Assembly (NCBI GenBank): GCA_946965045.2
Contig: OX337242.1
Span: forward strand, 1,798,001-1,862,000
Direction of reading: 5' to 3'
DNA length: 64,000 nt
Source of the DNA: Epithemia pelagica
Lineage: Eukaryota > Protista > Bacillariophyta
The translations under genes were made by a program, and so were the position numbers. Position 1 is the stretch's first letter; each line of letters starts with the position of its first letter. Shown piece by piece: positions 54,494 to 64,000 of the stretch. The notes under the pieces are model-generated. The model saw only the letters and a program-made list of their open reading frames with translations. It searched no databases and was not told the DNA's origin.

Positions 54494-55019
54494 CGTCTGT
54501 TCAATGATGGTGCCATCGAGGAGGAAGGGGATGATAATTCCATTGTCGAAGTTTGTGATTTGTGACCAAATGAATACTCGTAATCCCAAGACCCACCCCC
54601 ACCCCCCAAAAAACCTTTTCAAGCCGTTGAAAGGAGTGGGGGGCTTAAACAGCTTGCATGTAATGACTTATGACGCCTCCTACGTGATCAAATCTGTCAT
54701 GGATATTGCGGGACTACAATATGGTCACTATGTGCTCTCCTTTCATGTTCACTCCAACAACTCTCTTTGTTCGGCGATGACGTACGTACGATACTTTGAC
54801 CATTGACAACGACACAAAGATCCGTATCTCCGATCTCCGACCACGACAGAGGATCTGCTGAATCAAACGAGAGAAAAAAGATTGTGGGGTTTGCTTCGCT
54901 TTGGTTGCTGTGCAAGACGTTGTATTGTCGTCGTCTTTTCGTGGTGATCAAGGTTGCAACCGAATTATTTTTGTTTTCGCTTAATACCCAGTGGTGCAAA
55001 CAACCGAGAAAGCGTTCCA

Positions 55020-56639
55020 ATGAGACCTACGACGGCCCTTTTCCAGCTCCTTGTCATGTCGTGTGTTCCGAGTCTCTTCCTTCACCACAACAAGGGAGTA
55101 TGGGGTGTCCGTGGACTCTCGTTCGGCTTTCCCCACTTGTCGTCGTCGTCATCAAGAAGTAAGCTGGCAGGACAGAGCCGAAGCACTACCACGACCACTG
55201 GTTACATTCGACCAACCTTGGTTTCCTTGCGCATGTCAAACCCTGGTGGCCGCGTGTCGAGTGCGGTACAAGATGGAGAACTGTTGCAAAAGACAACGAA
55301 GCAGCAATCCGCGCAACAACAACAAGAACGTTTGGACACGAATCCACCCAAGGGAACACGAGATTTTTATCCACAAGATATGCGATTGCGGAATTGGTTG
55401 TTTGATCATTTCAAGCAAGTGGCGCGCTTGCATGGCTTTGTCGAATACGATGCACCCGTCTTGGAAAGCGAGTCGTTGTACACTCGCAAGGCGGGTGAAG
55501 AAGTGACGGAACAATTGTACAATTTTGTCGACAAGGGAGATCGTGCCGTCGCCTTGAGGCCGGAAATGACACCCTCCTTGGCCCGCATGGTCATGGCCAA
55601 AAAGGGTGGATTGACCTTGCCCCTCAAGTGGTTTTCCATTCCGCAATGTTGGCGATACGAACGCATGACACGAGGACGACGACGAGAACATTTTCAATGG
55701 AATATGGATATCTGGGGGGTCGCGACCGAAACGGCCGATATTGAATTGATTCGAGCCATGACCAGTTTCTTTGAACGCGTGGGACTCACGTCGGACGATG
55801 TTGGGATCAAGGTCAATTCGCGATTGGTCATTGGTGAAGTCTTGACCGAATTGGGAATTCCGTCGTCCATGTTTGCGGCTACATGTGTCTTGATTGACAA
55901 GTTGGATAAGGTATCGGTGGATGAAATTCAGGACGATTTGCAAGAACTCGGATTGGATACAAGTGTTGTAGAAAAACTCTTGGAGGTGTTGACCAACAAA
56001 TCGTTGGACTCACTCAAGAATGCGCTGGGTGAGGAATCGGAGGCAGTACAACAACTGGACCGCCTTTTTAGCTTGGCCAAAGCATATGGAATCGAGGACT
56101 GGCTTGTATTGGATGCTTCGGTTGTGCGAGGGTTGGCCTATTACACTGGTAGCGTTTTTGAAGCTTTTGATCGCAAGGGTGAATTACGGGCCATTGCCGG
56201 AGGAGGACGTTATGATAAGTTATTGGAAACCTTTGGAGGCGACCCCACACCAGCGGTAGGATTTGGTTTTGGAGATGCGGTCATTGTGGAATTGCTCAAG
56301 GACCGTGGCTTGTTGCCCTCCTTTGAAACCTCGGATATGGATGTCGTCATCTTTGCGCTGTCCCCAGAGTTGTATCCCGTCGTCTTGGAAGTGGCGGCTG
56401 TCTTGCGTCAAGTGGGATGGTCCGTGGATGTCGTTTTGGATGCCTCGAAAAAGGCCAAATGGGCCTTTAAACACGCCGATCGATTGGGTGCCAAGTATTG
56501 CTTCATTGCCGGAGCGGACGAATACGAAAACGGACGGCAAATATCCGTCAAAGATTTGACGCTTGGTACACAAGAAACTGTGGCCATTGACGGGTTAGCC
56601 GAGTGGACCCAACAGCAGTCAACCGACACGACACGGTAG
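55020..56639 (+). CDS. hisS: Histidyl-tRNA synthetase, organellar type, with N-terminal targeting sequence
   Basis: NPPKGTRDFYP, LRPEMTPSLAR, QCWRYERMTRGRRREHFQWNMD, VRGLAYYTG, AGGGRYD, GFGFGD, anticodon domain KWAFKHADRLGA. Confidence 0.93.
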   Translation: MRPTTALFQLLVMSCVPSLFLHHNKGVWGVRGLSFGFPHLSSSSSRSKLAGQSRSTTTTTGYIRPTLVSLRMSNPGGRVSSAVQDGELLQKTTKQQSAQQQQERLDTNPPKGTRDFYPQDMRLRNWLFDHFKQVARLHGFVEYDAPVLESESLYTRKAGEEVTEQLYNFVDKGDRAVALRPEMTPSLARMVMAKKGGLTLPLKWFSIPQCWRYERMTRGRRREHFQWNMDIWGVATETADIELIRAMTSFFERVGLTSDDVGIKVNSRLVIGEVLTELGIPSSMFAATCVLIDKLDKVSVDEIQDDLQELGLDTSVVEKLLEVLTNKSLDSLKNALGEESEAVQQLDRLFSLAKAYGIEDWLVLDASVVRGLAYYTGSVFEAFDRKGELRAIAGGGRYDKLLETFGGDPTPAVGFGFGDAVIVELLKDRGLLPSFETSDMDVVIFALSPELYPVVLEVAAVLRQVGWSVDVVLDASKKAKWAFKHADRLGAKYCFIAGADEYENGRQISVKDLTLGTQETVAIDGLAEWTQQQSTDTTR

Positions 56640-56868
56640 CCTCGCCTGTGTGTCGTCTCCAGCTATAGCTCTACATGTTTTCCCCATATGGAGCGGATCG
56701 TTTGTTTTTTGTATGCGGTACTGTCGCGCAAAAGTAGGGGCAAGGCCACTCTAGTAGGTAGGAACCACATGTGCAAGATGCACTGCCCTCGTATACCCCA
56801 ACGACACTGGCGTCCGATGAAAACCCCATGGGATATTAGTTTCATGCCTGCCGAATACAGGAAACTCT

Positions 56869-58881
56869 TCAATAGGAATAAAACCGAATGGGGATGGTCA
56901 TATCCTCTTGCCCATTCTTCTTCGTCTTGTTGGTGTTGCTCATGGGAGTTTTGGTATCCTGCGTATTGTTGGTTGGTTGGGGAGTGTCCTTTTTGGATGG
57001 GTCTTTGGGGTTGTTGGGTTCCTTGTGAATGACATAGACGGCGGGTCCGGGGTTGCCTGGCCCATCCGTGGACGATTCGTCATTGTCGTTGTCATCTCCT
57101 CCCTGTTCTGTTGTTGTCGTTGTTGTTGTGGATTCCAGGACGGGTGGTGGCAATGTACTGGCTTGATCACTTCCATGCACTTCAATAGTCCATTGATAGG
57201 GCAACACGGAGGGATCCCAAACGGTCGTGTCGTTGTTCTTGGTGAGGTCACTTGTGTGTTGGTGGTGCTTGGTGTTGGTGGAATGGTTGGGAGTGGAGGA
57301 TGAATCATGCGTTTGGGTGTGGCCGTCTGGTGGTTTCGCTTGTTGTTGTTGTTGGTGGGTTTGCAATTGCCTCCATTCGGATCGCCCGTGGGCACGCAAA
57401 CCGGCCAAGACAATGTCATGCAACCATTGCATTCCTTGGGGAGTATGGGCATTTTGATGAGAAATCAAAAGCATGGATCCCCCAATTCTCAAACTGCGAG
57501 CACATTCTTGCAGGACTTGACGACACCGAGTACTGCCATGGTGAGGATCGGACAAGATGGCATCCAAGGTTCCCTTTTCCAAAATCAAGGCCATGCTTTG
57601 ATCCGATACGGTGCTGGTCATGTCACAGGCATTCAAGACGGCAAATTCCAACAACCGAACGCCTGTGGGTTCAGTAGTATTACTATCAGCATTGTTTTTC
57701 CCATGAATACCCGTGGTCGACAAGGTTTCATTGGGGACGCCCCCATTGTGACCTTGGTGGTCTTGGTCCACCCTTGTCTCCAAACATGCAGCCGACGACG
57801 ATTCCATGACACACGATTTGGTTGTTGTTGTTGCGTTTGGTTGGTGTTTGAGTAAGAGAGAGGAATGCTCTCGTTGCATTTGATGAATGACGGCTGGACT
57901 GTAATCGGTACACAAAATCCGTTGAATGACAGTAGGGTCCAAACACAGAGGGGTCGGTGTTGTCGAGTGTTCGTCGTCCTTTGCCTTGTCACTGTCTGGT
58001 TTCTGGGTGGAAGAATCGTCGTGTCCTGGTCCAGACGATGGAGATTGCATCGACAAACCGGACGAGGAGGACAAGGAGGAGGACCAATAGTGTAATTCTC
58101 GAGCCAATCCACCCCCCAAGGGAACATCGCCACAACCCAATTCCAAAATGGCAAGGGGAACACCACCACCCACCAATCCAGGACCACGATGGACGGGTTC
58201 CTCACCTTCCTCCTCCTCTTCATTTTCCTCCTCTTGCACCTCCACATACTCTTCCAGGTACTCATCCTCCTCACCGTCCGTGTCGTTCTCCTCGACGTCG
58301 TCCTCGTTTGTTTCAGTTTCATCATCCTTGTCGTGTTCATCCTTTTGACTGTGTTGTTGTTCCTCTTGTGGTTTGTCGTCCTTTTCTTTTTGGTCATTGT
58401 TGTAGTCGTCGTCTTTTTCCTCCGTGTCATGGTCCTCGTCCTGTGCTTCTTCTTCTTCTTCTTCTTGATCTGGTTCGTTCTTGTCGTTGTCATCCTCTTG
58501 CCAACAAACGGGAAGGTCTGGTACGGAGGCCCCCGATCCACCGTAAATCAAGGGCAACAACAAGGGACGCAATTCGGCATAGGTAAAGTACCAGGCATGA
58601 TAGGGCAGGGGGTCTTGGTCGTCGTCGTTGTTGTTGTCGTTGTCGTCTGGTTGTTGGGATGGATTGGACTCGGACGGCTCTGGTTGTTCGGTTTTCGGTT
58701 GTTGGAGGAGGAACCGCTGATAGCGTTCTTCCCAATAGGATTGTGTGCCATAATTGGGGGGAAGAGTTGTGGTTGGTGGTGGTTCGTTCGTGGATGGCGG
58801 TGTCGCATCATCGGCCTCGTCGGTACCACGGGGTCGTTTCGATGAATGGCGGTCCTGGTTGTCCTTGTCTTGGCGTTTCAT
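56869..58881 (-). CDS. Class I SAM methyltransferase, METTL13-N/EEF1AKMT4-like, with long acidic insertions
   Basis: NYGTQSYWEERY, WYFTYAELRPLL, ILELGCGD, TDYSPAVIHQM, ILEKGTLDAIL. Likely ATG at 58881. Confidence 0.8.
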   Translation of the reverse strand: MKRQDKDNQDRHSSKRPRGTDEADDATPPSTNEPPPTTTLPPNYGTQSYWEERYQRFLLQQPKTEQPEPSESNPSQQPDDNDNNNDDDQDPLPYHAWYFTYAELRPLLLPLIYGGSGASVPDLPVCWQEDDNDKNEPDQEEEEEEAQDEDHDTEEKDDDYNNDQKEKDDKPQEEQQHSQKDEHDKDDETETNEDDVEENDTDGEEDEYLEEYVEVQEEENEEEEEGEEPVHRGPGLVGGGVPLAILELGCGDVPLGGGLARELHYWSSSLSSSSGLSMQSPSSGPGHDDSSTQKPDSDKAKDDEHSTTPTPLCLDPTVIQRILCTDYSPAVIHQMQREHSSLLLKHQPNATTTTKSCVMESSSAACLETRVDQDHQGHNGGVPNETLSTTGIHGKNNADSNTTEPTGVRLLEFAVLNACDMTSTVSDQSMALILEKGTLDAILSDPHHGSTRCRQVLQECARSLRIGGSMLLISHQNAHTPQGMQWLHDIVLAGLRAHGRSEWRQLQTHQQQQQAKPPDGHTQTHDSSSTPNHSTNTKHHQHTSDLTKNNDTTVWDPSVLPYQWTIEVHGSDQASTLPPPVLESTTTTTTTEQGGDDNDNDESSTDGPGNPGPAVYVIHKEPNNPKDPSKKDTPQPTNNTQDTKTPMSNTNKTKKNGQEDMTIPIRFYSY

Positions 58882-59573
58882 TTTCTTGTTGTTGTTGTTG
58901 TTGTTGTTGAAGGAATGCTGCAGATGTTTGTAGGATCTCGAGTGAGGAGCAGAGTTGGGGAGGAAACTGGTTGGTGTTGGATCGAGACACACAAGGTGTT
59001 TGGTTCCCCGTCCCTGAAAAAAAAACAGTGATAATACAAACCATAAAAAGACCAGCACCAGGACAACCAAATGTTGTTCTTTTCGAAAGGTCCACAATAA
59101 GAAGAGAAGAAACCGAACGAGACACGACAAGCACAACCAGGATGATGGCGACGGGAAAAAGATTCGCGCCATGGATGACGAGACAACAAAGAAAAGATCC
59201 AGAACTCAGGCTAGAGGGTCTCTGCGAGTTGGGTAGCGGCCTGACCTACTGCTAGCATTACGGGATCACGATCCAACGGCTCCTTTTCGGGATCAAAAAT
59301 CGCCGGGCGGGTTTCCAGCTTGTCCTCACAAGACTCTCTGGGTGTCAGTCAACGTCATGGCTTTGGTGCGCGCAACCGCAACGACGTTGCAGTTGTTCCC
59401 TGGTTTCGGATCGTCCTACTGTTGTTCTTGTTGTGTTCTGCCTGCGACTTTGGAGATTGGGTGTTGTTTGCTCGAGAATCAAAAGGAGTCATCACCACCA
59501 TGAGCAAGAACAAACGGTAGCGAAATCTATCTGTGGTGTGTAGTGTTTTTTGGGTGCACACTGCGAGACGACC

Positions 59574-62161
59574 ATGGTACAAATACCAGTGAGCTTGGTG
59601 CTTCCCACACTGGTGCTCATTCGAGGAGGAGGAGGAGAAAGACATTCTTTCAACCAGACAACGACAACAACGACAGAATCCGTCGTGGACAAGAAATTCG
59701 TGGGAGTCGTATCGGACACCACAATAGGCAAACAGCAAGACGCTGCCAAAAGCAATGTGACGACATTGTCATGGTCCGATTTGGATCCTCCTTCTGTGGT
59801 GGAACAGAGCATGGACGGCAAGGTTCCAAAGGTTCCGGCCAAGAACATTACGTTGTGGCACAAAGACAACAAGAATGATGACTCTTCTTCTTCTTCAACA
59901 ACAACAATAGCCAAAAAGACGCAGACGCATGCTCCTGTTCCCTTTGTTCGAACCTTGCGAATCACGTACTTGTCGGTGATTTTGGTCGTGTACCTGGCGG
60001 ATGGATTACAAGGTACGTCAGGAATGTGAGAGAAGAGTATATACACCATATCATTCTAAATTCTATGCATTCATGGATAGCAAACTGACACTTTTTCCTC
60101 TCTCGGGTGGTTTTCCTTCTTTCTTGATTGATTGACAAATTGCAATGATTTGTTGGATGTCGACTCATTTCCACCTTTCTCTACTAGGCACGCACTTGTA
60201 TCAATTGTACGATACGGCGCATGGGATTTCCAAGGCGGTCTTGGCCCGGTTGTATTCCTTGGGCTTTGTCACGGGCAGTGTGGTATCACCTTTTACGGGA
60301 CCCTTGGTGGATTGGATGGGACGCAAACGGGCCGCCCTGGTGTATTGCAGTGTCGAAATTCTCATTAACCTCTTGGAACAGGTACCGGCCCTCCCCTGTT
60401 TGCTCGCCAGTCGCATGTTGAGTGGAGGGACGACCAACTTGTTGCAATGCGTCTTTGAAACGTGGTTGGATGCCGAATTTCAACGACAAAAACAAATACG
60501 ACAACACGAACAACGAACCCAACGACCAAAAGGGCAATCACCCTACCACGACAATCCTCCTCACACACAACCAGACCAAGACGAAGAAGAAGACTGGTAT
60601 CAACACGAATACGAACTCTTGTTGCGCGATGCCGTCATTGTCAGTAATATTGCAGCCGTGGCCTCGGGCTATGCCTCCCATCGCTTGGCGGAATGGTATG
60701 GTCCCGTGGGTCCCTTTCGGGGAGCCGTCGTGTGTACCATCGTGGCCCTCCTGGTCGTGGGGGCCCTGTGGACGGAAAATTATGGCTCCAGCAACAGCGG
60801 TGGTGGCGGCACTAGTATGAATTATCCGGAACCAACTCGAGTCTTTGACCAACACCTTCATCATACTCATACTCATGAACCGCACCATTACTCGTTGCTC
60901 CATGCCGTACAAGACAATGAGAATGACAACGACGATGACGACGACGAGATTGCTAAAAATGCTTCACCACGACAACAAGTCCCAGTCACTCTAGCCTCAT
61001 CCATGGCTTCCCCGTCAACAGCTACAACAACTCCGACTACCATTTGGTCCCTTTTGCAACAAGCCGCCCACGCCTTTCGATCCGATGTCAACATGTTCAA
61101 GGTGGGTCTCATTCAAGGCTTGTCAGTGGGATCCTTGCAGATTTTTGTCTTTTTGTGGTCTCCCGTCTTGAGAGACATGGCGACCATAACAACAACAACA
61201 ACATTACGTGTCATCAATCCATTGTCTTCCTCATTATTACCCACACAACAACAACTACTACCATGGGGCCTGGATCGACACGGAGAACCAGCCTATGGAT
61301 TGATTTTCATGGTATTCATGATGGCTTGTGTTGTGGGAGGATTGTTGGCACCGCAGTTGCGGCAAGCCACACAATCACTCTTGACCACCCACCACCCTGC
61401 CACTACTGATTGTTGTAGTGGTAGTAGTAGTAGCAACAACCGATGGACCCACAACAATCCTGACGAGGACAACTCAACGATGACGACGACAGGTCATCTG
61501 GGAGTGGTGTCGTCGCATCGTCGTCCCATGGCCGTCGAGTTGTTGACGGCCCTGTGTTATTTTGGATCGGCCTGCATGATGGCTGTCCCAAGTCTCGTTG
61601 TGGCACACAATAAACACAGCAGCAGTACCAGCCTGCTACGACCACAGGGTGGGTTTACCGTCACTCTCGCTGCCTTTGTCATGTTGGAATGTTTGATTGG
61701 TATTGTATCACCCTGTGAAGGTGTCATTCGATCCCTGTACTTTCCCTCTCATGTCCGTGCCTCGGTCTGGACGCTTCCCAGTCTTCTCATTAATGGGGCT
61801 GCCTCCTTGGCGGTCTTTGGGACCAATTACATTCGGTACGTGCTATTTTGTATATATATAGAGAGAGCGCGAGAGAGGCTACCAAACAACACTATTCCAA
61901 AAGGTCATTTACCGGATTGTCTCACTTCGTTTTGGAATCTTGTTGTTGATTCTATTCTTGTTGTTGCTGTTTGTTTTTTATTCTATGATATGGTGTCATT
62001 TCGTGGATCACTATACTGGGCACAGTTTGACCACTATGTGTCTGATCGTGGCTTGCTTGTTGTGGACGGCTGCCGCCTTGCAACTTTCCTTTTTGACCGC
62101 TCAAGATTGGTCGACCCTTGCTTCTCGGTTTGGTTGGCGTTCTCAAAGCAATCCATCCTGA
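59574..62161 (+). CDS. MFS transporter, MFSD5/MOT2 (molybdate-anion transporter)-like (~740 aa, 3 exons)
   Basis: Exons 59574-60012, 60188-61835, 62026-62161 (2223 nt = 741 codons, GT-AG). YLADGLQG/THLYQLY, GPLVDWMGRKRA, LWTENYG, QIFVFLWSP, RSLYFPSHVRA. Confidence 0.8.
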
Positions 62162-62769
62162 AACGCAATGTCACATAAAAACATGGACCACTAGAATTGG
62201 AACCATCACGTACATACACTCTAACCACGACCAAGGGACACTGCGAACATGTGAAAGAGACGAACTCTTAGTTCCTGTAGTATGCCATTAAGGAGTACTC
62301 ACTGCTCGAGAATTGGTGGGGGCCGTCAGTGACTGGGACGACGCTACAGTTTGTTCTGTTCTTCTTTTGTGGTTGTTGGTCTGACTACGTTTAGTTGGCC
62401 TCAACCAATCGCAGTTCCAGGATGCGTCATTTCTGGGCAGTGGACTTATTTCGATTTGTCCTATCAATGAGCTACCATGGGGACATGTCTCCTACATCTC
62501 ACCGTACCTGTAGGCATGTTGCTTCCCTAGTAATGGACAGTTTGGATCTTTCCCTCAGCATCTCTTCAAGATTCTCTTCTTTTCTAAGCCCAGGAACGAG
62601 AAACTTCCTGTTGAACAGAGGGCGCAGGCCATGATTCCCCTCATTGTTCAACTCTCGTGTGATGACGGTCATCAACACGATGATTACGTATTTGGAATCG
62701 GCTACAATTAAGAATGATATTGATTCGTCAACGTTTTCGCCCATTCCGAAACCAATAAAAGCCCTCTAC

Positions 62770-64000
62770 CTAGACACCATTGAAGACCCAATCTGAAAAC
62801 TCTTTCGACCATGGCTCTGCTTGAATGTTCTTGTACACCTTCTCAGCACGATCCCACTGGTCATCCCAAATCCTTCTCACTCGTGGAAGTCGTTCCTTTT
62901 CAAAGTCTTTAAGCAATGTTTCAATTACAGCTTTTGTCGGATTCGTCCCTCGAATTTCTCTGAGATGGCGACAAAGGACGGCGCTATCTTCAAATGCCAT
63001 GGAGCCACCTTGCCCGGAAGCTGGTCTCATGCCTGTACAGTTCACAGACGGGGTTAGATTGGTACAAACGAATCTCTGAGCGTGTCATACAAGTAAGATT
63101 GCCTACCATGGGCAGCGTCACCAATCAACGTGATTCGGCCTTTGCCTCCCCATCCGTTTTTGTCATCTTTTGGCAGATCGACCACCTTCAGTTTGACCGC
63201 GTAATTTAATCCATCCTTCTGGCACAACTGTAGAATTGCATTGATTTCTTGCAATTCTTCAGGACTCTCTGCAAATCGCTCGAGGAACTTCTGAGGACTC
63301 GTTACGTCATCAACCGATTCTTGGATCTTTGCACAATTCAAGTTTGCTGTAAAGGCCATGGTTCCAGGGAGTTTGTCGTGGAAGTTGAAAAGAGCATAGT
63401 TCATCGGACCTCGCAAGCGGGTCCCCATGGGAGCAACTGGTATGTTCAAGAACGGACGCAGCAGTTCCGCTTCCTCGCTGTTATCGCTTTCGCTAACAGA
63501 AAGACGAGTGCGCCATGTAAGTATTTTCGGCCACTGTGCCTTGGGCAGTTTTAAGTGGTCTCGAACGCATGAGTTGACTCCATCAGCTCCAATCAACGCC
63601 AACCCTTCCAAGGTCAAAGTCTTATATGAGTCACTCGAAGTGCTTCCCTTGTTTTCTTCCGTTCTTTCTTCGTTCCGTTTCTCTATGGTGACTCTCACAC
63701 AATCGTGCCCATCGACAATTTCTTTGGTGTTACACCCGAGGTGCAATTCGATGGAAGGATTAGCTTCGACTCGTTTCAGCAAAGCGTCGCGACAGTTCCA
63801 CCATGCTACCATAGTACCCCCTGTCTGTGGTATTTCCAGACCAGCCTCTCTCAAATCGTCCGTGATTCCATCATAGAGTTCATCCAGTGCCTTTTTCCCA
63901 TTTCGTTGCACGCCCAGCGTTGCACCAGTTCGGCTAAAATCGACTTGGCGCTCGATCAGAGCAACGGAATAGCCTGCGTTGGCGAGTCCCAGAGAAAGAG
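62770..64000 (-). CDS. FAD-dependent monooxygenase (salicylate hydroxylase / zeaxanthin epoxidase superfamily), 5' end outside window
   Basis: LIGADGVNS; ITLIGDAAH/GMRPASGQGGSMAFED across a GT-AG intron at 63106-63033; N-terminal LANAGYSVALIER continues past 64000. Confidence 0.85.

Overview
Eukaryotic, intron-containing, gene-dense DNA that looks like a raphid pennate diatom: short GT-AG introns, CAA/AAC microsatellites encoding poly-N/Q/T, bipartite plastid targeting peptides and diatom-type expanded families. The species cannot be determined from the sequence. About 19 host genes are recognisable: a J-domain protein, a peroxisomal APH/ACAD10-11-type kinase, an ankyrin + 3'-5' exonuclease fusion, a 6-exon G8/beta-helix/CBM protein, an ADCK2-like ABC1 kinase, a DUF1499 lumen protein, a GT-B glycosyltransferase, a GH16 glucanase, an aminopropyltransferase-like + SET fusion, a beta-propeller glyco-enzyme, a hypothetical protein, an AAA ATPase, an FkbM methyltransferase, two tandem sulfotransferases, an organellar HisRS, a METTL13-like methyltransferase, an MFSD5-like transporter and a partial FAD monooxygenase. 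Mobile DNA comprises a 519-bp PIF/Harbinger-like MITE (43-bp TIR, TCA TSD), a 3.0-kb hAT-type element with an atypical 10-bp TSD, and a 7.9-kb inverted-repeat-bounded block (34281-42134). That block holds a near-intact Penelope-like retroelement and two convergent, truncated retroelement-like ORFs. All domain calls come from motifs read by eye; no database or HMM search was run. Exon models were checked by hand for GT-AG ends and a total length divisible by 3.
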